DNA of 64,000 nucleotides from Polyangiaceae bacterium (GTDB lineage: Bacteria; Myxococcota_A; Polyangia; Polyangiales; Polyangiaceae), in NCBI GenBank assembly GCA_965222375.1, contig CBDCTZ010000013.1, positions 512,001-576,000 on the forward strand, in the 5' to 3' direction. Below the pieces are notes generated by a model that saw nothing but the letters and a program-made list of their open reading frames with translations, was not told the DNA's origin and did no database searches. Positions 10,266-19,910 of the stretch are shown one piece after another. A program made the position numbers and the translations under genes. The number at the start of each line of letters is the position of its first letter. Positions within the stretch are counted from its first letter, which is position 1.

Positions 10266-10577
10266 TCAGGCAGCGTGAGCGCCGAGGGGCAAGATCACAG
10301 TGTAGCCCGCGTCCTCGCATTCCTGGATCAAGTCCGCAGCATGCGCGCGGTTGTCGATCCCGGTCGCGTCCACGATTTCCTCAGTTGCCACCCGGAATTC
10401 GGCGAGCGTGGGGATCCCCATGGAGACCGGCTGAACGCGGCAGCGTGCTCGGGCCAGGCGGTAGGCCGCACGCGCGAGGCTCCCCGCGTCCACGAGCAGT
10501 CGGCGGTACAGAGCACGGTCTTCACGCAAGCGACATAGCCACTCTGTAGGGCGGTCGTACTCTTCGATCTGCGACAT
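10266..10577 (-). CDS. Small hypothetical protein
   Basis: GAGGAG SD 7 nt before ATG 10577; sigma54-like promoter upstream. Confidence 0.7.
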   Translation of the reverse strand: MSQIEEYDRPTEWLCRLREDRALYRRLLVDAGSLARAAYRLARARCRVQPVSMGIPTLAEFRVATEEIVDATGIDNRAHAADLIQECEDAGYTVILPLGAHAA

Positions 10578-10616
10578 GGTCATACTCCTCGACGCCAACT
10601 TGGACACACGTATGGA

Positions 10617-10632
10617 TGCAACGCTTGGGCCA
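10617..10632 (-). promoter_or_regulatory. Putative sigma54 (-24/-12) promoter
   Basis: Minus strand TGGCCCAAGCGTTGCA (GG-N10-GC, TTGCA). Confidence 0.65.
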
Positions 10633-10892
10633 ACCCCGCGCTTTCAGGCAAAACCCCCAAGAACACCCCGGGCGGCTGCGTGGGGCGTCAGGGATAGAAT
10701 TCCCGTAGTCAAAGCCATGACAGAGTCGGCTGGCTGGGGCCAAGTTTTTCCCCGGTAGGGTTGGCCCGCATTGGAGAGGGCATGACCCTCGCGTCGTGGT
10801 GCGCGGCGTCTTGCCCTGTCTTCTGCGGGCAAAATACCCAAAAATTTCGAGACGATTGACGCTGAGGCCTCGGGTCTGAAAAATTCGGATCG

Positions 10893-13091
10893 ATGTGGAC
10901 TCCCACGTGGGTCGGAGAGCGGCTTCAAGCCGAAGCCCTGATCACGGAGCGGCAGCTCCGGGCGGCGCTCCAGGCCATGCAGCAGTACGGCGAGCGCGTG
11001 GAGGAGTCCCTGCTTCGCACCGGGGCGATTGACGAGCACCGGCTACTCAGCTTCATCGCCGAACGCTGCCGAACCCACTTCGTCTCCACCGCGAAGTTAG
11101 CGCGCATCGAAGTGCCCAAGGAGGCCCTGGCCCACATCAGCGAGCGCACCGCCGAGAAACTCCTGGTGTTTCCCGTTCGCTGGGAAGCCACCAGCGAGAC
11201 CTTGAGCGTGGTCTCGCCTGATGCGGGGGACCCCGAGTACGTCAAGCAGCTTCGGATCTCCACCGGCGCTCGCAACTTGAAGGCGTACGTGGCGCGGCCC
11301 GCGGCGGTCAAGGCGGCCATCGCAAAGTGGTACCGCGGGCAGATACAAGCGTTCGCAGAGATCGCGACAGATACGTTCACACAGATCCAGAACACCCAGG
11401 ATTTGTACGAGCGTCAGCTCTTGGACTCAGAAGGCCTGCAAACGCGTCGACCCGGAGCAGAACCACGCATCAACCAAAACGAATACCTGCTGACGCCGAT
11501 GCCCGTCGCGCCGGCACCGCCACAAAAGCCACCTCCGCCCGCGCCGATGCGATCCGCGAAACGCACGGATCCTTTCGCTGGTGGGTTCGGCGCGGCGGCA
11601 GCCCGGCCTGCCGCGCCGCCATCGAAGGGGCGCACGACTTCCCCGGGCCCGGACTCGCTGCTGTCCCTGGACCCGCCAGGCGTCGACGATGCGGGGCCGT
11701 CGCCAGCTCCCGCGCCCAAGGTGGTCTCACCTCCCCGAAGTACCGGACCAAAACCTCTCGGCCCCCACTCGGAGCCGCCCCCCAGCATCGTCGAACGCCG
11801 GGTTCGCGACCTCGCAGAGCTGCTCAACGTGTTGGTGTCCCTGAGCGAAAATACTCGTGACGAATTCCGAGGGCATTCATCGTCCGTGGCCCGGCTCTCG
11901 CGCATGACGGTAGGCCGCATGGGCCTGGACGAGACCGCCGCGGCGCACGCCGCTATGGCTGCCAATCTGCATGACCTCGGAAAGCCGATTTCCTACCACC
12001 TGACGGCGCTCAACGTCGCTCAGTATGCGCCACACCGCACCGCCGCTCAGAAGCTGGTTTATACGCCCGGGCGGTTGGTGGAGAGCGTCGGTCTGCCCAT
12101 TGAGGCCACCAGCGCCGTGTCCGCAATGTATGAGCGCTTCGATGGCCAGGGCTTTCCCGGCCGACTCCAAGGCAAGAACATTCCTCTGGGTGGCCGGGTG
12201 CTGGCGCTCTGCGACACATACTCGGACTTGACCCTGAATCCCCGCAATCCATATCGAAAAGAGTTGTCCCACGAAGAGGCCCACAAAGTGCTGATCAAGT
12301 TCGCGGGTTCAATCTTCGATCCAGACCTCGTCGAACTCCTGACCCAGCTCGTGGTCGGAGAAGACTTGCGCCGCAAGCTCACAGACGACAAGCCCCTCGT
12401 CCTCGTGGTCGAGCCGGACGCGGAAGAGGCAACGATTCTGGAACTGCGTTTGGTCGCCCAAGGGTTCGAAGTCAAAGTCGCGCGAGCAGCAGACCAAGCC
12501 CTACGCCTCATAGAACACGGTGACGTTCGTTACGTCCTGTCGGAAACCGAGCTCTCTCCCTTCGACGGGTTCGAGCTTCTGTCTCGGGTGAAGCGCAGCG
12601 ACAAGGGCAAGGAGATCCCGTTCATGTTTGTTGCCAAGCAGAGCGACGCGGCAGCGGTCGATCGCGGATTTGCCCTCGGAGCCCAAGACTACGTGGTCAA
12701 GCCCACGAGCGGCGACGTGCTGGCCGGCAAGCTCAGGCGCCTCGGCCAGGCAGTGCCACGAAACGCGGTCGCCAGCGGTGTCGCCGGCTCGCTATCCGAT
12801 ATGGCACTGCCCGATCTGGTCCAGATCCTCCACCACAGTCGTAAGAGCGGTCGCTTGCGCGTCAAGTCAGGAACCGATGAAGGCGAGGTTCATTTCCAGG
12901 ATGGCCGGATCGTGCACGCGATCACCGGGGCCGCGAAATCCGAGGACGCCTTCTATGAGTTGCTCGGTTTCAGCGAAGGCACCTTCGCCCTGGAACCGAG
13001 CTTCAAGCCCACCGAGGACACGATACAGCTCAGCCCAGACATGCTGGTGCTGGAAGGCCTGCGGCGCCTGGACGAACGCAACAACCGTTGA
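10893..13091 (+). CDS. Multidomain signalling protein: GspE-N/MshEN-like, Pro-rich linker, HD-GYP-like, receiver, DUF4388
   Basis: N-terminal LITERQLRAAL...AEKLLVFP; HDLGK...ERFDGQGFP...IPLGGR; REC with GAQDYVVKP; GSLSDMALPDLVQ...LVLEGLRRLDE. Confidence 0.85.
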   Translation: MWTPTWVGERLQAEALITERQLRAALQAMQQYGERVEESLLRTGAIDEHRLLSFIAERCRTHFVSTAKLARIEVPKEALAHISERTAEKLLVFPVRWEATSETLSVVSPDAGDPEYVKQLRISTGARNLKAYVARPAAVKAAIAKWYRGQIQAFAEIATDTFTQIQNTQDLYERQLLDSEGLQTRRPGAEPRINQNEYLLTPMPVAPAPPQKPPPPAPMRSAKRTDPFAGGFGAAAARPAAPPSKGRTTSPGPDSLLSLDPPGVDDAGPSPAPAPKVVSPPRSTGPKPLGPHSEPPPSIVERRVRDLAELLNVLVSLSENTRDEFRGHSSSVARLSRMTVGRMGLDETAAAHAAMAANLHDLGKPISYHLTALNVAQYAPHRTAAQKLVYTPGRLVESVGLPIEATSAVSAMYERFDGQGFPGRLQGKNIPLGGRVLALCDTYSDLTLNPRNPYRKELSHEEAHKVLIKFAGSIFDPDLVELLTQLVVGEDLRRKLTDDKPLVLVVEPDAEEATILELRLVAQGFEVKVARAADQALRLIEHGDVRYVLSETELSPFDGFELLSRVKRSDKGKEIPFMFVAKQSDAAAVDRGFALGAQDYVVKPTSGDVLAGKLRRLGQAVPRNAVASGVAGSLSDMALPDLVQILHHSRKSGRLRVKSGTDEGEVHFQDGRIVHAITGAAKSEDAFYELLGFSEGTFALEPSFKPTEDTIQLSPDMLVLEGLRRLDERNNR

Positions 13092-13101
13092 GCAAGCCTC
13101 T

Positions 13102-14895
13102 CTAGCGAGAAGCTCGGGGTAACGTGCCTAGAGGTGGTTGCTCCGAGTCGAGGGCTTCCGGCGCCGGTCTGGAATCGACAGTTCGAGCCAATGGCTTGAG
13201 CCTCTTGGCTTCGCGTGCACCCAGCTGACCCACCCCTGCGAACAGGTGCATCCGAGGCGCGGTCGCCGCAGCGTGCATCTGGAACACTCCCAACGTGATC
13301 AGGCACGCCATGAGGATGGAAGCCGCGGCGAAAAGCGACCGCAGCCGAGAAGCCGCTCCGGGTGCCGATGGCAGCAAACCCAACGGAACCACCAACGGAG
13401 TTGCGGATGAATGACGCAGCATATCGTCGGAAGCCGTCGCGCCGCGGGGTGATCCGAACCCCGACGGAGGAATGGGCGGCCGGACCGCGCCCATGGGTGG
13501 AGGCGGCGAAGCCGCGCCCATGGGTTGTGGCGGCCCAGCAGCGCCCGTGGAGCTAAGCGGCGGAGCCGCGTGCAAGAGAACCTCGGGCCACGCCGGAATG
13601 TCGGACTGCGTCGGCGCAGGTTTGGACCCGCGCCTTGGCGGCGGCGGGCATCGAGAGCGCCGAGAACTTCGCGACTGGGCCGGGAGGGGCGGCGGCGAGG
13701 AGCGACGCGGACGCGGGGGCGGGCGTCTCGCTGGGAGCGGGGGCTCGCACTCAACGTCGCGTACGACCTCCACGCCAATCCATAGCGCAGTCGGATCCTC
13801 TTCGATCACCAGTGGCTCATCGGGACTCCGGCTGCTCAAGTTGAGGGGTGGTGGCGGCGCAACGTGTGCGGCCCCATAGTCAACGTTGCACCGCTCTTCC
13901 TCGTCGAAGAGCACCTTCATGATCTCCACTGCGCCACGAGTACCGTTGAACCCCAAGCGCGTTGCCGCGCGGCGAAACGCCTCGGATACGGCAGAAGCCG
14001 TCGCAGGTCGAGCGTCGGGGTCACGCCGCAAGCAGCGCATCACGACGTCGTGCACTGCGGCGTGCACGTTCGGCACGGCAGCACTCAGCTCTGGAATGTC
14101 ACCGCGCACAATGGCATCCACGGTGTCCGCTGAGTGCTTTCGCTTGAATAGGCGGCGCCCGGCAAGGGCTTCCCACGCGAGAACCCCCAAGGCCCAAACA
14201 TCGGCCCGTCGATCCACTTGCCGCGGGCGCGTGATCTGCTCCGGAGACAGGTAGGCGAGGGTGCCTTTGCAGGCACCGGTCGCCGTGCGGAAAGAGCGGC
14301 CTCGAGCGGCGGCAACACCGAAGTCCACGACCTTGCAGCGGCCATCGAAACCCACCAAAACGTTCTGGGGCTTCATGTCGCGGTGCACCACGTCGAGCGG
14401 TGCGTCCCCAGGTCCAACGGACTCATGAGCCGCATGCAGTCCGTCGCAGGCCTCCGCCAGAAGCCAAAGATGAAAGCCTGCTGGCAGTGGAATGTTGCGC
14501 TCTTGTGCGCGACGAAGCACATCTGCGTAGGAGCGTCCGTGGACCAACTCCAGCACCAGATACGGAAGGTCGTGCCAGGTGCCCCGCCGCAGAGCCAATG
14601 CCACATTAGGGTGGCTCACGGCGCGGCCGATCATGGCTTCGTCGTCGAAGACTTGATGCGCAGCGTCCTCCCAAAGCAGCTCCGGAAGCATGACTTTCAG
14701 CGCGACCCGAGCCCCACCTCGCTCGGCGAGGAAGACCGTGGCTGTAGATCCGGTCCCCACGACCGCCCGCAATTGGTAGTTGTCGATGCTGGCGCCCACT
14801 TGGGGCAGCTTGGCCATTGCGCTGCGTGCGTGGCGGTGTCGCTCGACCTGTCCATCGGTCTGTGGCGGATTCCTCCCGGCTGCTCGACTCTGCAT
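13102..14895 (-). CDS. Ser/Thr protein kinase with Pro-rich linker and C-terminal TM
   Basis: VALK, HRDMKPQN, DFG, YLSPEQ, DVWALG; GAGGAG SD before ATG 14895 (alternative start 14817). Confidence 0.93.
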   Translation of the reverse strand: MQSRAAGRNPPQTDGQVERHRHARSAMAKLPQVGASIDNYQLRAVVGTGSTATVFLAERGGARVALKVMLPELLWEDAAHQVFDDEAMIGRAVSHPNVALALRRGTWHDLPYLVLELVHGRSYADVLRRAQERNIPLPAGFHLWLLAEACDGLHAAHESVGPGDAPLDVVHRDMKPQNVLVGFDGRCKVVDFGVAAARGRSFRTATGACKGTLAYLSPEQITRPRQVDRRADVWALGVLAWEALAGRRLFKRKHSADTVDAIVRGDIPELSAAVPNVHAAVHDVVMRCLRRDPDARPATASAVSEAFRRAATRLGFNGTRGAVEIMKVLFDEEERCNVDYGAAHVAPPPPLNLSSRSPDEPLVIEEDPTALWIGVEVVRDVECEPPLPARRPPPRPRRSSPPPLPAQSRSSRRSRCPPPPRRGSKPAPTQSDIPAWPEVLLHAAPPLSSTGAAGPPQPMGAASPPPPMGAVRPPIPPSGFGSPRGATASDDMLRHSSATPLVVPLGLLPSAPGAASRLRSLFAAASILMACLITLGVFQMHAAATAPRMHLFAGVGQLGAREAKRLKPLARTVDSRPAPEALDSEQPPLGTLPRASR

Positions 14896-14927
14896 CTCTC
14901 GACTCCTCGGTCCCTGCCGAGAGACCG

Positions 14928-14943
14928 TGCATGGGTCGTGCCG
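14928..14943 (-). promoter_or_regulatory. Putative sigma54 promoter
   Basis: Minus strand CGGCACGACCCATGCA (GGCACG, GG-N10-GC). Confidence 0.55.
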
Positions 14944-15012
14944 TTACAATATGAGCGAAATCCGGCGACTCTTGAGCCCGCGAGAGTATGCCGTGGCCGA
15001 CCGCGGTCGGGT

Positions 15013-16193
15013 TCAACGTACCAGTCGGCCAAAGGCGAAGAGCAGCCCGATGAGGACCATTGGCCCCGCAACGTAGATCGGCCGTACGGGCCCCACCGCG
15101 AACAAATCGCCGGTGAAGTGTACGTGGGCGAAATCCGCGGCCATGATCGCGACGCCGAAGAACACCCACTTGAGGGGCCCGGCCAAACGTTGCCGCACTT
15201 CATAGCCAGTCGTGGCCGCCGGAGCGACAGGTGCCGGTCGCAAGCGGGGCGGCGCTGACATGGGCGTGAGCCCGACCCCATCGAGTTCCAGGGGGATGCT
15301 TTCGGCACTACTTCGAGCCGGACGCGAATTGGACGTCGCGGCGACCCCACGGGAGATCTGGGATTGCAACGCTCGGCGGCGCGGCGGGGGGGGGTTCTAG
15401 CTCCAACTCCGGCACGCCGGCGGCAGTCTCGGCCGCGCGATCCACCGAGCCCGCCGGCCGCGTGTGGCTCAGTGGATCCGGAGGCGCCGAGACGGCTGGA
15501 TTCAAGTTGCCTTCGAGGCGCGGATCGTGGGCGGGCGGTGGAATGGACAGCCCCGTTGCATCCAGGCCCGCCGCTTGGGATAGCTCGCGCCAGAACTCGC
15601 CGATATCCCGCTGGCGCTCCCCGGGCTCAATGCTGAGCGCACGGGAAAAGACTGCTTCGACTGCATCCGTCACCTCCACGCCCTCGGTCCGAGGCGTCGG
15701 CCTCCGTTCAGGATCGATCACGGCACCAAGAATTGCAGTCGCATCGCCGTCCATGGGCGGGCAACCTGCGAGCACTTCGACGAGCGTGATCGCGAAGCCC
15801 CACACGTCCGTCCAAGGCCCAGTTTGTCCGAAGCGTTTCGGCAGCCACTGCTCCGGTGCGGCATAGGCGGGCGTGAAAACCTGAATCCCACCGTCGCTCA
15901 TGGACTGCTGCCCGACCATCTGGGTCGCCGCGCTCTTCACTTTGCCGATCCCGAAGTCCGAGACCTTGCAGGTCAGCTGGCCGTGAATCCTCTCGAAACC
16001 GCTCCAGGAATTGTTGCTTCTGGTCCGAGGTCAGCGCCACCGGCACCTTCAAGCATTTGAGGGCGACCTTGGCTCGAAAGGACGTGTGGTGCGCACGGTA
16101 GACGACGGCGAAGCCACCTTCCCCCACGACGTCTTCGACGACGTAGGCGCCCGCCTGAGTCGTGTCGATGATACCGAACACGTCTTTCGCCAT
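15013..16193 (-). pseudogene. Ser/Thr kinase disrupted by an internal deletion/frameshift and a homopolymer frameshift
   Basis: GEGGFAVVY...VALK...FLERFRE joins out of frame to IHGQLTCKVSDFGIGK at about 15990, with no HRD loop; second shift at C9 run 15386-15394 before the TM tail. Confidence 0.85.
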
Positions 16194-16271
16194 CTGGCAT
16201 CGAGCCTAAATCAGGGAGCGCGATCCTCAAAGTGCCGCCGCCCTCGGCCTTCGACTATGCTCCGGGGCGAG

Positions 16272-17945
16272 ATGATCGAGCTACCTGCCGGACGCATTTC
16301 TGGATCGTTACTCAAAGCATTGGTCAGGTCCGTGCGTAGAACGCCCGCGCGACACGTCGTCGCGCGAGTCCTGCGAATGCAGTTGGGCATAGAAGCGTTG
16401 AAAGGGCTGGACCCGGAACTGCGCGGCCCCTTGCTTGGCTCGACCCGCCCGCTGCGCGCGCGGCAAAGCCATGAGCGGCCGACTCAATCCTTGGCGCTGC
16501 CCGTGACCCAAGCTTGGCCGCGCTCCGTGCGCAGCTATGCCCAAGCCTACCGCGAGGGCGAGCTCACGGCGGAAGAAGTCGTGGAGCACTCTCTAGCCGG
16601 CGCCCGTTTCCTCGCGGCGCGCACCCCCAGTGTGGGTCCCATCCTGGACTTCGACGACGAACGCGCGCTGGACGCAGCGCGCCGGTCTATGGATCGGTTG
16701 GCAAGGGGCGAAGCGTTGGGAGCACTGGATGGAGTGCCCATCGCCATCAAGGAGGAAGTCCTTGTCGCGGGCCTGCCTTGCCAGGTCGGCACGCGCCACA
16801 TTGCGCGCACCCCGGCCGAACAAGATTGCGCCGCCGTTCGTCGGTTGCGGGAGGCAGGGGCGATCATCGTCGGCACAACGCCGATGACCGAGTACGGCAT
16901 GTCCCCTTTGGGGGGGAACACTCACCGCATCATGCCGCGCAATCCCCATGACGTGACGCACCTGCCGGGCGGCAGCTCCAGCGGCAGTGGCGTCGCAGTC
17001 GCCACAGGCGTGGTGCCCGTGGCCCTCGGTGCGGACGGAGGCGGCTCGATCCGCATCCCGGCTTGCTTCAACGGAGTTTTTGGAATCAAGCCAACTTTTG
17101 GCCGGGTCCCAGCGACGGGTCACGGAATGTCAAGCGGCAGCAGCGTCGTGCACCTTGGACCGCTGGGCACAAGCTGCCACGATCTCGCTGTATTCCTCGA
17201 AGCTTGCGCTGGCTACGACGTGGGCGACGGGGATAGTGAGCAGCCAGCGCCCGCGGCGAGCGAGTTTTCTGCCGCCCTTGGTCGCGGTGTCTCGGGCCTC
17301 CGGATTGGAGTGGTGGAAAGCGAGTGGTCCGCCTGTGAACCCTCCGTCGCCCGACCGGCACGCGAAGCGCTGGCAGCGCTGGAGCGCGACGGCGCGGTTG
17401 TCGAACCAGTGAACCTGCCATTGGCTCAATCAGCGGCTGCCATTGGCTACCTCACGATCGGCTTGGAGACGCTCTCGGCGCTGACGGACGTGCGACGCAC
17501 CCAGATGGACGAACTTGGCCTCGACCTGCAGATGCTGCTGGCCAACCTGGAGACCTTTCGCGCTGACGACTACCTGTACGCACAGCGCCTTCGGACCACG
17601 CTACGCAGGCATGTCGCGGACTTGCTGAAACAAGTGGATGTGTTGGCCCTGCCCACCACCGCGATCTCCGCTCCAGAGATCAGTGACGCCGACGCCAAGG
17701 AAGGGTTCGTCGACCCCCCTGCCCTCGACGGAGCTTGCCGTTACGCCTTCCTGGGGAACCTGACGGGCTACCCTGCCGGCACGGCACCCGTGGGCATGGA
17801 TGAAAAAGGTCTGCCTGTGGGCTTGCAGATCTTGGGAGATGCCTACGACGAAGCCTGCGTGCTCCAAGTACTCTGTCACCTTGAGCGAATCGAGGTCGCT
17901 CGCTGTCGCCGACCTGCAATCAGCGTAGACCTCTTCGAAAGCTGA
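16272..17945 (+). CDS. Amidase signature family enzyme
   Basis: LDGVPIAIK, GGSSSGS, GADGGGSIRIPA motifs. Confidence 0.95.
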   Translation: MIELPAGRISGSLLKALVRSVRRTPARHVVARVLRMQLGIEALKGLDPELRGPLLGSTRPLRARQSHERPTQSLALPVTQAWPRSVRSYAQAYREGELTAEEVVEHSLAGARFLAARTPSVGPILDFDDERALDAARRSMDRLARGEALGALDGVPIAIKEEVLVAGLPCQVGTRHIARTPAEQDCAAVRRLREAGAIIVGTTPMTEYGMSPLGGNTHRIMPRNPHDVTHLPGGSSSGSGVAVATGVVPVALGADGGGSIRIPACFNGVFGIKPTFGRVPATGHGMSSGSSVVHLGPLGTSCHDLAVFLEACAGYDVGDGDSEQPAPAASEFSAALGRGVSGLRIGVVESEWSACEPSVARPAREALAALERDGAVVEPVNLPLAQSAAAIGYLTIGLETLSALTDVRRTQMDELGLDLQMLLANLETFRADDYLYAQRLRTTLRRHVADLLKQVDVLALPTTAISAPEISDADAKEGFVDPPALDGACRYAFLGNLTGYPAGTAPVGMDEKGLPVGLQILGDAYDEACVLQVLCHLERIEVARCRRPAISVDLFES

Positions 17946-17948
17946 TCC

Positions 17949-18260
17949 TCAGAGTTCTCCGGCCTTCGCCTTGACGACCCACTTCTTGATTTCTTCTTCG
18001 ATCACGCCCAGGGCCTTGCCCTTGAAGGGTCGAAGGATGAAGGGCACGTCGAGGTCCATGTCGATGTCAGACTCCTTGACCTCCAAGGACCCGTTTAGAG
18101 AGATCCCTTTGGCCCGGAACGAAATGTCAGCCCGGTCGTCGGTTACCCAGTTCGCCTTGGGTTCGTAGTGAGCGAATCGCTCTTGGTAGCTTTCGAACGC
18201 CTTGAGCGCGACCTCTTTGGCTTTCTCTTTTCCGAGGCCGTGGTGAACCGAATGCTTCAT
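17949..18260 (-). CDS. Polyhydroxyalkanoic acid system (PHA_gran_rgn)-like small protein
   Basis: HGLGKEKAK...W...F...G...LDVPFILRPFKGK pattern; SD upstream. Confidence 0.75.
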   Translation of the reverse strand: MKHSVHHGLGKEKAKEVALKAFESYQERFAHYEPKANWVTDDRADISFRAKGISLNGSLEVKESDIDMDLDVPFILRPFKGKALGVIEEEIKKWVVKAKAGEL

Positions 18261-18306
18261 TCGTCATTCCCTTCAGTGTTTGGGGCGCTGGCCCGTGGCC
18301 TCGCTT

Positions 18307-19239
18307 TTAGTCGGAGGCGGGAGCTTGCGCCAGCCCCAGCGTGGAAAACGCCTTCTCCAAGCGCGCCGAGCGCGCCCGCTCGGCCACGGAAAGCAAGGGC
18401 AGATCCCGCTTCCAGCGCTGCTGTTCCGCTTGGGCCAAGCGCGAAAACGCCCGCTCCAGAGGCTCGAGCTGCTGGCGAAACTGACGCAGGACGCCCGCGA
18501 GAGCCAGGTGGGTGGTCGGCAGCGCGGGTGAAAGCGCTGCGACCTGGAGCGCCGACGCCAAACAGGCCGCTAGCCCCTCAAGGCCCTCTGCGCCCGAATC
18601 CCCACGTCGAGCAACGCTCACCAGGTAGCCCAGGGCGCTGAGGGTGACGAAGGTATCCTCCACGGTTCTGAAGGGCCGCACATGATCCGCCCACCCGTCC
18701 CCATCGAGTACCGCAGCCCCATCCAGCCGCACGTCGCTGAGCTGCATTCGGTAGTGAGGGATCTCGGGCGCAAACGGCGTCGTGGGCAGCTCCTCCAGAC
18801 TGACACCAGCTGCCCTCGTTGGAACACGAACCACTCGCAGTAGTTTGCGCTCCGCGGTGCTCGCTTCGTCGGCCGCCAGCACCAACACCTCCGAGCACAG
18901 AGCGGCGAGGGTCACGAAACTCTTGGTCCCGTTGAGCAGCGCGTCGCCGGCATGCCAGCGGAGCGTCGTCTCGATGGCACGTGGGTGCACGCCGCCGCTC
19001 TCCGTCGCAGCCAGTGCCGTCATGCCCTCGGCGTGGGGTAGCAGCTTGCGCAGAGCCGCGGCGTACCCACACACGAACGCAAGTCCCAGGCGATCTGCAA
19101 AGTACCCGCCTAGGGTTGCCAGTTCCTCGGGACTGGCATCGGGCACCCGAGAGCTGACTTCAGCGAAGAACCCATCCGGCGTCGCGGTGGGTTGAGACGG
19201 AAGTGGCAATGCAAACACGGACCATATGCGCTCAGTCAC
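18307..19239 (-). CDS. Acyl-CoA dehydrogenase-like protein
   Basis: ALAATE, LNGTKSFVT, VRPFRTVED; start uncertain. Confidence 0.8.
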   Translation of the reverse strand: MTERIWSVFALPLPSQPTATPDGFFAEVSSRVPDASPEELATLGGYFADRLGLAFVCGYAAALRKLLPHAEGMTALAATESGGVHPRAIETTLRWHAGDALLNGTKSFVTLAALCSEVLVLAADEASTAERKLLRVVRVPTRAAGVSLEELPTTPFAPEIPHYRMQLSDVRLDGAAVLDGDGWADHVRPFRTVEDTFVTLSALGYLVSVARRGDSGAEGLEGLAACLASALQVAALSPALPTTHLALAGVLRQFRQQLEPLERAFSRLAQAEQQRWKRDLPLLSVAERARSARLEKAFSTLGLAQAPASD

Positions 19240-19336
19240 GAACTCAGGCTGCCACGACACCGCCCGCCCCAAAAGGGTCCCTCGGAAGGTCGCACGCTCG
19301 GCCTCGCTTTGAGCACTCTCCCCCGCGGCAAATCAC

Positions 19337-19373
19337 AAAAACGCGGCGCGAGCCGACAAAGCTCGCGCCGCGT
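19337..19373 (-). terminator. Rho-independent terminator (minus strand)
   Basis: Perfect 13-bp stem ACGCGGCGCGAGC/GCTCGCGCCGCGT, 7-nt loop, T-run on the minus strand. Confidence 0.75.
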
Positions 19374-19412
19374 CCCCCCCTCGAATCCCGGGTCATCCCA
19401 GGCGGGTGATTC
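19337..19412 (-). ncRNA. Candidate small RNA or terminated leader (G7 tract followed by terminator)
   Basis: TTGTCA-N18-TAGCGT promoter-like pair (19444-19415) just upstream of the terminator, with no convincing ORF between. Confidence 0.4.
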
Positions 19413-19557
19413 ACACGCTATCCGACAGCGCCCGCCGTTGACAACGCGGCCCCCGTGCCGCCCTTGTCCTGGATTTCTGGGGCCCTTTCGCCGCTGCCGC
19501 CGGCGTTGGCTGCCCCTGTCATGCGTGGAAACGACCTCGAATGCTAGATTCCACCAC

Positions 19558-19908
19558 GTGGCCCTCGCAGCAGTCAGCCGCTCGAAAAAGCTCGTCGGTT
19601 TGCTGGTGGGCTTCGCAGCTCTTCCGCTACTCACAGGGGGTAGCTTGGCAGCCTACGCTCGCTATCCGTTGCGTACAGCCGACCGCAATACTCGCAAGGT
19701 ATGCGATAGCGCTAGTGTCGGCGGCCCCACCAGTGGTCTCAAAGAACGCGGCGCCAGCCTCGGGTTGCGGGTCTCCGAGCTGCCTGCGGACAGCGAACAC
19801 GATGCTCGGCTGGTGTTCATCGGCGGCTTTGCCATGGCACGGTACTTCTGTGAAGTTTCCCACGCCGGCGGGCGCGTTGTCTCTAAACAGCGAACCTTCT
19901 TGGACTGA
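19558..19908 (+). CDS. Small hypothetical membrane-anchored protein
   Basis: N-terminal TM, two Cys; stop 2 nt before the next gene; TAGATT 7 nt before GTG. Confidence 0.6.
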   Translation: MALAAVSRSKKLVGLLVGFAALPLLTGGSLAAYARYPLRTADRNTRKVCDSASVGGPTSGLKERGASLGLRVSELPADSEHDARLVFIGGFAMARYFCEVSHAGGRVVSKQRTFLD

Positions 19909-19910
19909 AC

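Noticed and set aside
19337..19444. tRNA or known riboswitch
   Set aside because: No cloverleaf, T-loop or recognisable aptamer consensus
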